Notes under the pieces: generated by a model
The model's input: only the letters and a program-made list of their open reading frames with translations
The model's database searches: none
What the model was told of the DNA's origin: nothing
From: Ignavibacteriales bacterium
Lineage (GTDB): Bacteria; Bacteroidota; Ignavibacteria; UBA10030; UBA6906
Length of the DNA: 64,000 bases
Reading direction: 5' to 3'
Assembly (NCBI GenBank): GCA_037441705.1
Contig: JBBIRR010000013.1
Coordinates: forward strand, 14,073 to 78,072
Part shown: positions 37,348 through 46,715 of the stretch, in pieces
Numbering within the stretch: the stretch's first letter is position 1
Layout of the letters: the number at the start of each line of letters is the position of its first letter
Translations under genes and position numbers: made by a program

Positions 37348-39513
37348 ATCAAACATCTCAAGAAGAAGCTTCTCACCTTTCTCTCGTCCGATCCATCCCG
37401 ATCGTTCACACAAAAACAACTTGTCAATCATCTTGCCATACAAAGCAGGAGTGAATACGCCGCACTGCGCGAGGTGATTGATGAGCTTGACCGCAAAGGG
37501 CTTATCTCACTCGACAGCCGCGGCCGCATTCGGTACGCTGCAGAGGCGCGTGGCGGGGGTGCTTCATCCAAAAAGGGGTCCGTGAACAGAGTAGTCGGTA
37601 CGTTGAGTACGACGCGGCGCGGTTCCGGTTTTGTTACGATCGAAGGAACGAATGAGGAAGTGTACATTCCCGAACGATTCATGTCCACAGCCCTGCACGG
37701 GGATAAGGTGGCCGTTGCGCTCTTTGCGCGGCCCGTGCGCAAACGGCGACGCGATGAACGTGATCGGTTGGAGGGCGAGATCGTCGAAGTTTTGGAACGA
37801 AAAACAACCACCATCGTGGGAACGTTGGAGGAGAGCCGCACGGCGTTTTTCGTCGTGCCCGACGATGAACACATCGCGCGTGATGTGTACGTCGCGCGAG
37901 AAGATGCCCGGGGTGCACGGCCCGGAGACAAAGTGGTGGTGCAGCTGTTGCCGTGGAGCGATCCTGCACTCAGCCCGGAAGGTGTCGTGCTCGAAGTACT
38001 GGGGCGGGCGGGCGATGCCCGCGTGGAAGTGTTGAGCGTTGCGCGCAGCTTCAATCTTCCGATGCGCTTCCCTCCCGCCGTCGAGCGCGAGGCGGCTTCG
38101 TTTCCCGACACGATCCCCGCACAGGAACTTGCAACGCGGCTCGATCTGCGCAACATCGCCTGCGTTACCATTGATCCGGAAGACGCGAAGGACTTTGACG
38201 ATGCAGTATCGTATGAGCGTTTATCGGATGGGCTGATCAGGCTTGGCGTTCACATTGCCGACGTGAGCTACTACGTGAAGGAAGGCAGCGCACTGGATGC
38301 CGAGGCGTTCCAGCGCGGGACCAGCGTCTATCTGGTGAACGAAGTGATCCCGATGCTGCCTGAACGTCTCTCCAACGATCTCTGCAGTCTGCGTCCGCAT
38401 ACCGACCGACTGACCTACAGTGTGCTCATGGATATGAGGGATGACGGGACGGTGGAACATTACATGATCGCCAGGAGCGTGATCCGCAGCAGGCGGCGGT
38501 TCACGTACGAAGAGGTACAGGAGATTCTCGAACGAGGCAAAGGCGAGTTTGTCGAGATGCTCCGTCCCCTCCACAAACTGACCCAGGTGCTGACGCGCAA
38601 TCGCAAGAAAGCCGGCAGCATCGACTTCGATACCGGCGAGGCAAAGTTCCGCTTCGACGAGCACGGGCTGCCGTCGGCGATTATCAAGAAAGTACGGCTG
38701 GATGCACACCGCCTGATCGAGGAGTGCATGTTGCTTGCGAACAAAGTCGTGGCGCAGCACATCGGCAAGGTGAGGCGGAACGAGCACGCCAAGCCCTTCA
38801 TCTATCGCGTTCACGACGTGCCGGACCCTTCACGGTTGGAAGATCTCGGCAATTTTGTGAAACATCTGGGCTACTCGCTGGACGTCAAACACGGTGTCTC
38901 ATCCCTTCAGTTGCAGCGTCTGCTCGACAAGGTGAAAGGAACGGAGGTGGAGAACGTCGTCAACGAAGTGGCGCTGCGCTCGATGGCCAAGGCGATCTAC
39001 TCAGAAAAGAACATCGGTCACTTCGGGCTGGCTTTCAAATACTACACGCACTTCACGTCCCCCATCCGGCGTTACCCGGACCTGGTCGTGCATCGATTGC
39101 TGCACGAGTATGAGAAAGGGGTCAGCGCTGCACGCCGCGCGGAGCTTGCCCGCCGACTTCCCATCATCTGCCGCCAGTCGTCCGAACGCGAGCGCCTTGC
39201 CGCCGAGGCCGAACGCGAATCGGTGAAGGTCATGCAGGTCGAGTTCATGAAGCGGCATGTAGGCGACGAATTCGAAGGCGTGATCGCGGGTGTCACCAAC
39301 TTTGGTCTCTTCGTCGAGATCAATGATTTGTTGGTGGAGGGATTGGTCCGAATGCGGGATCTGACGGATGACTACTACCTCTTTGACGAGCAGCGCTACC
39401 AACTGAAAGGACGCTCGCGAGGCAAGGTGTACAGGTTAGGGGACACGGTGCGCGTTCAGGTAGTCTCCGTCAACCCTGAACGCCGCGAGATTGACTTCCG
39501 CATCGTTGATTAA
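37348..39513 (+). CDS. rnr: Ribonuclease R (start uncertain: ATC 37348 proposed; first canonical start is GTG 37474)
   Basis: Cold-shock domains (ALHGDKV); RNB motifs TIDPEDAKDFDDA, RGTSVY, YTHFTSPIRRYPDL; C-terminal S1 domain. The frame stays open upstream of 37474 and encodes an HTH-like segment. Confidence 0.95.
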   Translation: MKHLKKKLLTFLSSDPSRSFTQKQLVNHLAIQSRSEYAALREVIDELDRKGLISLDSRGRIRYAAEARGGGASSKKGSVNRVVGTLSTTRRGSGFVTIEGTNEEVYIPERFMSTALHGDKVAVALFARPVRKRRRDERDRLEGEIVEVLERKTTTIVGTLEESRTAFFVVPDDEHIARDVYVAREDARGARPGDKVVVQLLPWSDPALSPEGVVLEVLGRAGDARVEVLSVARSFNLPMRFPPAVEREAASFPDTIPAQELATRLDLRNIACVTIDPEDAKDFDDAVSYERLSDGLIRLGVHIADVSYYVKEGSALDAEAFQRGTSVYLVNEVIPMLPERLSNDLCSLRPHTDRLTYSVLMDMRDDGTVEHYMIARSVIRSRRRFTYEEVQEILERGKGEFVEMLRPLHKLTQVLTRNRKKAGSIDFDTGEAKFRFDEHGLPSAIIKKVRLDAHRLIEECMLLANKVVAQHIGKVRRNEHAKPFIYRVHDVPDPSRLEDLGNFVKHLGYSLDVKHGVSSLQLQRLLDKVKGTEVENVVNEVALRSMAKAIYSEKNIGHFGLAFKYYTHFTSPIRRYPDLVVHRLLHEYEKGVSAARRAELARRLPIICRQSSERERLAAEAERESVKVMQVEFMKRHVGDEFEGVIAGVTNFGLFVEINDLLVEGLVRMRDLTDDYYLFDEQRYQLKGRSRGKVYRLGDTVRVQVVSVNPERREIDFRIVD

Positions 39514-39563
39514 ACTGGCAACGCCTTTGTGTGTCTCACGAGGGTGAGGCGGAAGAGTTCTCG

Positions 39564-39592
39564 TTGCATTTTCCTCCCGACTTTAGTAGAAT
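39564..39592 (+). promoter_or_regulatory. Sigma70-type promoter of the Omp85 gene
   Basis: TTGCAT-N17-TAGAAT. Confidence 0.65.
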
Positions 39593-39634
39593 CTAACCGA
39601 AGAGGCGTTATTCATTCAATCCCAAGAGGGCACT

Positions 39635-42600
39635 ATGAAGCTGAGAGGGGTGTTGTGGGCTGCCGTGCTGGCACTCTGCACGCTGCTGCAGGGCCTTGCC
39701 GTGGCGCAGGATGGTTTGTTCGGTAAGAACAAAGTTCAGTACAAGAAGTTCAACTGGTTCTACATCCAAACGGACCATTTCGATATTTACTTTTCCGAAG
39801 GGGGCGAAAAGATTGCCGAGTTTACCGCAACAGCGGCCGAGTCGGCGTATGCATCCATCAGCAAGTCCTTCCGCTACCAGCTTGTCAACCGCGTTCCCAT
39901 CATTGTCACTAACTCGCATAATGACTTTCAGCAAAGCAATGTGGTGAGCGAGTATCTGGAAGAGGGGATCGGCGGAGTGACGGAGCTGTTCAAGAACCGC
40001 GTGTTGATTCCCTTTGAAGGAAACTACAAACAATTCCGCCACGTCATCCACCACGAACTGGTGCACGCGGTGGTGAACGACATGTTCTACGGCGGTTCCA
40101 TCCAATCGATCATCGCCAACAACATCACGCTCCAGCTTCCGTTGTGGTTCAACGAGGGGATCGCCGAGTACGAAGCACAGAAGTGGGAGACGGACTCGGA
40201 TATGTTCCTGCGCGACGCCACAGTTCATGAATATCTTCCCCCCATCAACCGGTTGGGCGGATACTTCGCCTATCGAGGCGGGCAGTCGCTCTGGTGGTAC
40301 ATTGCCAATAAATACGGCCAGCAGAAAATCGGCGATATTCTCAATCGCATCAAGAGTACACGCAGCGTTGAGGCCGGCTTCCGCGGAGCAATCGGTTTGG
40401 GATTGGAGGAGTTGAATGAACGCTGGCAAAAAGAGATGAAGGTGACCTACTGGCCCGACATTGCCAAACGCGAGGAGCCTGCGGATTACGCACGCAAGCT
40501 GACCGACCACAAGAAGGACGGGAACTTCTACAATACCAGTCCCGCCATCTCGCCGCAGGGGGACAAGGTCGCATTCATCTCCGACCGCAACGATTATCTG
40601 GATGTGTTTCTGATGAGTACGATTGACGGAAAGATCATTGACAAGGTTGTCAGCGGCCAGCGGACCAGCGATTTCGAGGAGTTGAAGCTCTTGACGCCTC
40701 GGCTCACGTGGTCGCCCGACGGAAAGAAGATTGCCCTTGCCGCAAAATCCGGCGCCAACGATGCGATTCTCATTATTGATGTGGACGAAGGGGACGTGAC
40801 GCGTCTGACGTTCGATCTGGATGCTATCTATTCGGTTGATTGGTCCGTGCAGGGCGATAAGCTTGCCTTTGTCGGGAATAAGTTGGAACGATCCGACATC
40901 TATGTGTACGATCTCAACACGACGCAGCTGACGAATCTCACGGACGATATTTTCAGCGATTCCGATCCCGCGTGGTCGCCCGACGGTAAGTACATCTATT
41001 TCTCGTCGGACCGCCGTGACAGGCTTGGACGCGAACAGGTCGATATGGGGACGTTCGACTACAGCCAGCAAGATCTCTATCGCGTGGAGATTGCGACGAA
41101 GACCATTGAGCGCCTGACGGATTGGCCCGAGAGCGATGAGAATTCCGTGATTTGCTCGCCGGATGGACAGAAGCTTCTGTTCGTTTCCGACAAGAACGGC
41201 ATCAATAACATCTACGAAATGGTGGTGGAGACGCGGGCCACGCGCCCCATCACCAACTCGTTGAGCGGTGTCTATCAACTCTCGTTGTCGCGAGACGGCT
41301 CGAAGCTTGCCTTCTCTTCGCTGAACTATGCCGGGTTCGACATTTTCCTCATGCGCAATCCGTTCGAGCGCGACCTGAAGATGGCAGAGCTTGAACCGAC
41401 GGAATTCGTCAAGGCCAAGCATGCCGCACCGATTGTGCCCGTCGCACAGGAGACGGCGGAACGCGCCGGAGCCGGACGCGATACGGCGGATGTGTTTGGA
41501 GGGAATATCGAGATTGATTTCAGCGGTTTCGCCGCACGCAGCACGCCCGAGAACCTCCCGACGGATTCCACGATTGCCCGCCTGCCGAAGATCGCCGGCA
41601 ATCTCGACAAGGAAGGAAAGTACAAGGTCAACAAATACAAGCTGAACTTTTCACCGGACATCATCTATGGCAATGCCGGGTACAACACCTTCTACGGAGT
41701 GACCGGCTCCACCATCATGGCCTTCAGCGATCTGTTAGGCGATCATCAGATTGTGTTCGTTACGAACCTGCTGCTCGACCTCAAGAACAGCGACTACGCG
41801 CTGCAGTATTTATACCTGCCGGAACGGCTCGACGTCGGCTTCACCGGATTCCACAGCGCACGCTTCGTCATCATCAACGACATCTACGGCGGAAGTCTCT
41901 ATCGTTTCCGCACCTACGGCCTTGCGCTGAATGCGCAGTACCCAATTGATAAATTCAACCGCATTGACATGGGCCTGAGTTGGTTCAACATCTCGCGAGA
42001 AAATCTCGACCAACTCTCCGACCCAACGCAGAAACGTACCGTGCTTGTGCCGTCGTTGGGCTACACGCACGACACGGCGCTGTGGGGCTACACGGCACCC
42101 ATGAATGGGACGCGCTATTCGTTCAACATCTTCGGCACGCCCAAGCTCGGCAGCGCGGGCTTAAGCTTTGTCAACCTCACCGGCGACTATCGGACGTACA
42201 TTCGACTCGGCCGTCAGTACGCGTTCGCGCTGCGTCTGGCCGGCGGCGGCAGTTTCGGCGGCAATCCCCAGAAGTACATCGTCGGCGGCGTGGACAACTG
42301 GATCAACCGAACATTTGAGGGCGGCTACATTCCGTTGGAAAACGCCGAGGACTATATCTTTCTGGAGACGGGCCTTCCGCTGCGGGGCTACAACTACAAC
42401 GCAAAGATCGGTTCGCGATACGGGTTGTTCAACTTCGAGTTCCGCTATCCGCTGTTAGCCTTTCTTCAGGCGGGTCCGCTTCCTATCGGCCTTCAAAGCA
42501 TCATGGGCGTCATGTTCTTCGACATGGGATCGGCGTGGAACAGGGAGCGGGAGTTTCAGGCATTCACGAAGGATGCACAAGGCAACACCGTCACCAAGGA

Positions 42601-42736
42601 TCTCCTGATGGGCATGGGCACCGGCGCGCGAGTGTTCTTCCTGGGGTTTCTGGTGAGACTGGACGTTGCCTGGGCCTGGTACTGGAACGGGTTCAGCGAG
42701 CCGAAGTATTACATCTCACTCGGTGCGGACTTCTGA
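39635..42736 (+). CDS. Omp85-family outer-membrane protein with N-terminal zinc metallopeptidase (MA clan) and PD40/TolB-like beta-propeller
   Basis: Signal peptide; HELVH plus WFNEGIAEY (gluzincin); repeated PAISPQG/WSPDG; Omp85 motifs LRGY and FFDMG; C-terminal YYISLGADF. Confidence 0.85.
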   Translation: MKLRGVLWAAVLALCTLLQGLAVAQDGLFGKNKVQYKKFNWFYIQTDHFDIYFSEGGEKIAEFTATAAESAYASISKSFRYQLVNRVPIIVTNSHNDFQQSNVVSEYLEEGIGGVTELFKNRVLIPFEGNYKQFRHVIHHELVHAVVNDMFYGGSIQSIIANNITLQLPLWFNEGIAEYEAQKWETDSDMFLRDATVHEYLPPINRLGGYFAYRGGQSLWWYIANKYGQQKIGDILNRIKSTRSVEAGFRGAIGLGLEELNERWQKEMKVTYWPDIAKREEPADYARKLTDHKKDGNFYNTSPAISPQGDKVAFISDRNDYLDVFLMSTIDGKIIDKVVSGQRTSDFEELKLLTPRLTWSPDGKKIALAAKSGANDAILIIDVDEGDVTRLTFDLDAIYSVDWSVQGDKLAFVGNKLERSDIYVYDLNTTQLTNLTDDIFSDSDPAWSPDGKYIYFSSDRRDRLGREQVDMGTFDYSQQDLYRVEIATKTIERLTDWPESDENSVICSPDGQKLLFVSDKNGINNIYEMVVETRATRPITNSLSGVYQLSLSRDGSKLAFSSLNYAGFDIFLMRNPFERDLKMAELEPTEFVKAKHAAPIVPVAQETAERAGAGRDTADVFGGNIEIDFSGFAARSTPENLPTDSTIARLPKIAGNLDKEGKYKVNKYKLNFSPDIIYGNAGYNTFYGVTGSTIMAFSDLLGDHQIVFVTNLLLDLKNSDYALQYLYLPERLDVGFTGFHSARFVIINDIYGGSLYRFRTYGLALNAQYPIDKFNRIDMGLSWFNISRENLDQLSDPTQKRTVLVPSLGYTHDTALWGYTAPMNGTRYSFNIFGTPKLGSAGLSFVNLTGDYRTYIRLGRQYAFALRLAGGGSFGGNPQKYIVGGVDNWINRTFEGGYIPLENAEDYIFLETGLPLRGYNYNAKIGSRYGLFNFEFRYPLLAFLQAGPLPIGLQSIMGVMFFDMGSAWNREREFQAFTKDAQGNTVTKDLLMGMGTGARVFFLGFLVRLDVAWAWYWNGFSEPKYYISLGADF

Positions 42737-42764
42737 GCGTGTACGTAATCCGCTGCACCAAGCT

Positions 42765-42794
42765 AAAGCCCCACCCGCATAACGGTGGGGCTTT
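42765..42794. terminator. Probable bidirectional terminator between convergent genes
   Basis: AAAGCCCCACC-loop-GGTGGGGCTTT. Confidence 0.8.
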
Positions 42795-42829
42795 GAGTTT
42801 TGCAGCAACTCGGAATCGCAGCGCACGCG

Positions 42830-43276
42830 TCAGACACGCGTGAATACAAGGACGATCGTGGTGTTCTGATCAGTAAACGTGAACGTGAGCTGATTGCCTG
42901 TGACCGCCCATGTGCCCGTAATAGAATAGGGTTGAGGATGAGGCTGACCGTTGGCTTGCGTTATGGACACCGTCACGTTCTGTCCGTTGACCGTGAAGGT
43001 TCCGGTTTCTGTGTAGAGCGTGTTACCCTGAGCATCCTTCTCTTCATACGTGAACGCTCCATTCGCGCCGAACGTAAAGCGGGCACTCACAGTGCCCTGG
43101 ACGTAGTTGAAGATTTGGGCCGGGTCTACGGGTTGACCATTGGCAGTTGCCGAGACGATCGTCCAGGTCCCGTTGATGGTCGGCGCGGCACCGGCCGGGT
43201 TAGTCGAATCCTTCTTGCAAGAGGCAAGGAACACCGCGAGGATCACGGCAAGCAGGGCTGGGAGGTATCTTTGCAT
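42830..43276 (-). CDS. Lipoprotein with lipocalin-like domain
   Basis: MQRYLPALLAVILAVFLAS-CKKD lipobox; INGTWTIVS and GTFTVNG/GTWAVTGNQLTF strands. Confidence 0.8.
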   Translation of the reverse strand: MQRYLPALLAVILAVFLASCKKDSTNPAGAAPTINGTWTIVSATANGQPVDPAQIFNYVQGTVSARFTFGANGAFTYEEKDAQGNTLYTETGTFTVNGQNVTVSITQANGQPHPQPYSITGTWAVTGNQLTFTFTDQNTTIVLVFTRV

Positions 43277-43335
43277 GGGTCGCTCCACAAATTGGGTGAT
43301 TGGTGTTGAAGCTGTTTTCGGACATCCTTCGCCGA

Positions 43336-43364
43336 AATATACAGATGATAGGTCAGGAAGGCAA
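43336..43364 (-). promoter_or_regulatory. Sigma70-type promoter of the lipocalin-like lipoprotein
   Basis: Minus strand TTGCCT-N17-TATATT. Confidence 0.6.
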
Positions 43365-43417
43365 CGGAGCACTGAGATTTTTTTTGAGGAAGCCTTATCG
43401 GACGGTGCACACACAGC

Positions 43418-43452
43418 AAACCTGACACTGCGCTGCTTAGCGCAGCGTCAGG
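43418..43452 (-). terminator. Probable terminator after pntB
   Basis: Long hairpin CCTGAC.CTGCGCT-loop-AGCGCAG.GTCAGG; short T tract on the minus strand. Confidence 0.6.
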
Positions 43453-43465
43453 CCGTGGAAACTGC

Positions 43466-44866
43466 CTACTTCTTCAACACCTGCACGAGATTGGTGACGA
43501 CGTTCTTGGCGTCACCAAAGACCATCATCGTGTTCTTCATGTAGAACAGCTCGTTATCCTCGCCGGCGAAGCCGGGATTGAGGCTGCGCTTTATCACCAT
43601 CACGGTACGCGCCTGGTCAACGTTGAGAATCGGCATGCCGTAGAGCGGACTGTCCTTCTTGTAGCGCGCTGCAGGATTCACGACGTCGTTGGCTCCGACG
43701 ACCAGAGCAACATCGGTGTTTTGGAAATCGTCGTTGATCTGATCCATCTCCAGAAGAAGATCGTAGGGAACGTTTGCTTCGGCAAGCAGGACGTTCATGT
43801 GTCCCGGCATGCGTCCTGCAACGGGATGGATGGCATAGCGCACGGTTGCGCCGCGCTCGATGAGAATCTTTGCCATCTCGTGCAGCACATGCTGCGCCTG
43901 CGCCACCGCAAGTCCGTACCCCGGCACGATGATGACCGACTGGGCATTCTCCAAAATGAATGCTGCGTCCTCCGGCGTGTAGCGCACGACCGTACGCGTC
44001 TCGCTGGTCGTCGTTCCCGCCTCATAGTCGGCTCCCACCCCGGCAAAGAGCACGTTGCCGAGCGAGCGGTTCATCGCCTTGCACATGATGTTGGTGAGGA
44101 TCAGACCCGACGTCCCGACCAGCGTGCCGCTGATGATCAGCACATTGTTCTGCAGCACGAAGCCCGTCATGGCCCCGGCCAGACCGGAGTAGGAGTTCAT
44201 CAGCGAGATGACCACCGGCATATCCGCCCCCCCGATGGGAATGACGCTGGTGACGCCGAGAATCGTCGACAGCCCGATGATGGCCACGAGCAAGTACCAC
44301 TTCGACGGATCGAGGACGAACAAGACGCCCATGACGATGACAACGCCAAGCATCAGAGCATTTGTCTGCTTCTGCATTGGGTAGAGTATGGGTGCACTCT
44401 TCATAATGCCCTGCAGCTTCGCGGCGGCAATCATGCTTCCGACGAAGGTAACGGTTCCAATCAACAGACTGAGAACGATCGTAATAAGAATGTCGAGGCT
44501 GACAGCCTGATTTGTCCAGACGGTGAGACTCGCATCGCCCGACAGTCTGAGATACTCCGCAAAGGCCACCAACGTTGAAGCGCCTCCGCCGAAGCCGTTC
44601 AGCACGCCCACCATTTGCGGCATGGCGGTCATCTGCACGGCCTTTGCCATCCACACGCCCAGCGCCGCACCGACAATGAGTCCGACGATGATGTAGGAGA
44701 AGTCAATGATCCGCTGATCAAGAAGCGTCACCACGATGGCGATCAGCATGCCGGTGGCGCCGTAGAGGTTGCCGCGGCGTGCCGTTTTGGGTGAACTCAA
44801 AAGTTTCAGTCCTAAGATGAACAGGACAGAAGCAAGAAGATATAATAAACCGGTGAGAATACTCAT
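43466..44866 (-). CDS. pntB: NAD(P) transhydrogenase subunit beta
   Basis: MTAMPQMV, IGGADMPVVIS, VPGYGLAVAQAQH, HPVAGRMPGHMNVLLAEA, GANDVVNP. Confidence 0.97.
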   Translation of the reverse strand: MSILTGLLYLLASVLFILGLKLLSSPKTARRGNLYGATGMLIAIVVTLLDQRIIDFSYIIVGLIVGAALGVWMAKAVQMTAMPQMVGVLNGFGGGASTLVAFAEYLRLSGDASLTVWTNQAVSLDILITIVLSLLIGTVTFVGSMIAAAKLQGIMKSAPILYPMQKQTNALMLGVVIVMGVLFVLDPSKWYLLVAIIGLSTILGVTSVIPIGGADMPVVISLMNSYSGLAGAMTGFVLQNNVLIISGTLVGTSGLILTNIMCKAMNRSLGNVLFAGVGADYEAGTTTSETRTVVRYTPEDAAFILENAQSVIIVPGYGLAVAQAQHVLHEMAKILIERGATVRYAIHPVAGRMPGHMNVLLAEANVPYDLLLEMDQINDDFQNTDVALVVGANDVVNPAARYKKDSPLYGMPILNVDQARTVMVIKRSLNPGFAGEDNELFYMKNTMMVFGDAKNVVTNLVQVLKK

Positions 44867-44901
44867 GTGCGTTCGTGATCGTAGTGTTCAGAAAAAGAAT
44901 A

Positions 44902-45210
44902 TTACTTGTCTTGAGCGTCCTTCTTCACGGGCTGTTGCTTGAACATTTCGAGCATGCGGTCGGTGACCAGAAAACCCCCGACAACGTTGATCGTCGCCAA
45001 CACCACAGCGACCAACCCCAGAATCACGCTCAAGCCGCCGTGCCCCTCGCCTGCAGCGATGAGCGACCCGACGAGCGTGATACCGGAGATGGCGTTGGAG
45101 CCTGACATGAGCGGCGTGTGGAGCAGCGGTGGCACTTTGCTGATCACTTCAACGCCGACAAACGTTGCCAGCACGAAGACGTAGATGGATACCATCAATG
45201 TTTCAGACAT
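44902..45210 (-). CDS. pntAB: NAD(P) transhydrogenase subunit alpha, membrane part (alpha2)
   Basis: LHTPLMSGSNAISG, INVVGGFLVTDRMLEMF. Confidence 0.93.
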   Translation of the reverse strand: MSETLMVSIYVFVLATFVGVEVISKVPPLLHTPLMSGSNAISGITLVGSLIAAGEGHGGLSVILGLVAVVLATINVVGGFLVTDRMLEMFKQQPVKKDAQDK

Positions 45211-46361
45211 CAGTTGCCTCCTTGTTCGAGTGCAGTGCGAATGGATTCGTGGACAATCTCGCCGCTGCGCGTAATGCACGCGCCTTTCGTGATTTCGTCG
45301 TTGAAGTCGGGCGACCCGACGGTGCCTGACTTGCCCACCGGATAGAGATGCTTGAAGAGGTTCAGAACATTCTTTGAGTACATCAGACTGGCATCAGTGG
45401 GGATGGAGGCTGGGAGGTTCACGGCGCCGATGATGTGCACGCCGTGCTTCACGACGGTCTTGCCGGGTTCGGTCAACTCGCAGTTGCCTCCCTGTTCGGC
45501 GGCCAGGTCAACAATCACCGAACCGGGGCGAAGCTTTTTCACCATCTCGGCCGTGATCAGAATCGGTGCTCGCTTGCCAAAGACTTGCGCCGTCGTAATG
45601 ACGACGTGGATTTTTGGGAACCTGCCGCCAAGCGCCTCCTGCTGTCGTTTGAGGATTTCGGCCGATGCTTCCCTGGCATAGCCGCCTTTGGTTTCCAGAT
45701 CCCCGATGCCTTCAATCTCGATGAACGTTGCGCCGAGGCTTTTCACCTGTTCCTTCACCGCGGCGCGTACATCGAACGCCTCCACTTTGGCACCAAGCCG
45801 CTTTGCCGTTGCGATCGCCTGCAAGCCCGCCACGCCCGCACCGAGAACCAGCACGGTTGCCGGAGGCACGGTGCCTGCGGCCGTCATCAGCAGCGGAAAC
45901 ATCTTGCCCAGCTTTTCCGCTGCCAGCAGCACGGCTTTGTAGCCGGCAACAGTTGCCATCGAGCTGAGCGCATCCATCGTCTGTGCTCGCGTAATGCGCG
46001 GAATGTACTCCATGGAGAAGGCGGTGATCTTTCGCTTCGCAAGGATTGTTGTGACCTCGGGATGAGCCAGCGGCGCGAGGAAGCCGATGTAGGTTGACCC
46101 TTCGGCCATCATCTCTGCTTCCGCTTTCTGCGGAGGCTGCACTTTCAGCACCACCTCTGCCTGTGTGTAGAGGCGCTGTGCGTCGGGAACGATGCGCGCG
46201 CCGGCCTCGGCGTATTGGTCATCGTCAAATGAAGCTCCCGCGCCGGCACCCGTTTCAACGAGCACAGTATGTTTGTCACGTGTGAGCTGCGAGACGAGCG
46301 AAGGAATGAGAGCAACGCGTGTTTCTCCGTTCAGAGTTTCTTTGGGAACTCCGATGTTCAT
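45210..46361 (-). CDS. pntAA: NAD(P) transhydrogenase subunit alpha, NAD-binding part (alpha1)
   Basis: IGVPKE, PRITRAQTMDALSS, GAGVAGLQA, DLAAEQGGNCE. Confidence 0.95.
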   Translation of the reverse strand: MNIGVPKETLNGETRVALIPSLVSQLTRDKHTVLVETGAGAGASFDDDQYAEAGARIVPDAQRLYTQAEVVLKVQPPQKAEAEMMAEGSTYIGFLAPLAHPEVTTILAKRKITAFSMEYIPRITRAQTMDALSSMATVAGYKAVLLAAEKLGKMFPLLMTAAGTVPPATVLVLGAGVAGLQAIATAKRLGAKVEAFDVRAAVKEQVKSLGATFIEIEGIGDLETKGGYAREASAEILKRQQEALGGRFPKIHVVITTAQVFGKRAPILITAEMVKKLRPGSVIVDLAAEQGGNCELTEPGKTVVKHGVHIIGAVNLPASIPTDASLMYSKNVLNLFKHLYPVGKSGTVGSPDFNDEITKGACITRSGEIVHESIRTALEQGGN

Positions 46362-46415
46362 CTATCAAAACCCTTTCGGTAAAGTTATGAGCGCGGCTGG
46401 GGAAAACGTGCTTTC

Positions 46416-46444
46416 ATTCTACAAAAATGCCGCATGAACTACAA
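46416..46444 (-). promoter_or_regulatory. Sigma70-type promoter of the pnt operon
   Basis: Minus strand TTGTAG-N17-TAGAAT. Confidence 0.6.
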
Positions 46445-46715
46445 TCGTTGCATGCCGCGTGCCACCCGATCGTCTCCTTTGCGTTCCATTTTTGGGGCTG
46501 ATTGAGCCGCAGCCGCCTGCGTTCTTTCAGGAGTGAGAAACCGCTTCTCAAGAATTAGACCGAAGCGGGGCGATCATGAGGGCGCACGGAAAGCGGATGT
46601 GGCAGGTGTTCTCGTATGTGAGTATCTTTCGTGTGACCGCGTGTTGCGGCTCATGCAATGCGCGGCTCTTCAGCTTTCGCAACAGATCGTGTTTGACAGG
46701 AGACCCGTACCCCCG

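Noticed and set aside
39608-41422. 604-aa minus-strand ORF (similar cases at 4982..6562, 26712..28262 and 60997..62106)
   Set aside because: Each lies opposite a well-supported gene and lacks family motifs. The poly-Leu run in 60997..62106 is just the reverse of the batC CAG tract.
43466-46361. Split pntA as a frameshift or pseudogene
   Set aside because: The alpha1/alpha2/beta three-gene layout is a known natural form (e.g. Rhodospirillum rubrum, Thermus thermophilus). There is clean TGATG coupling with an SD.
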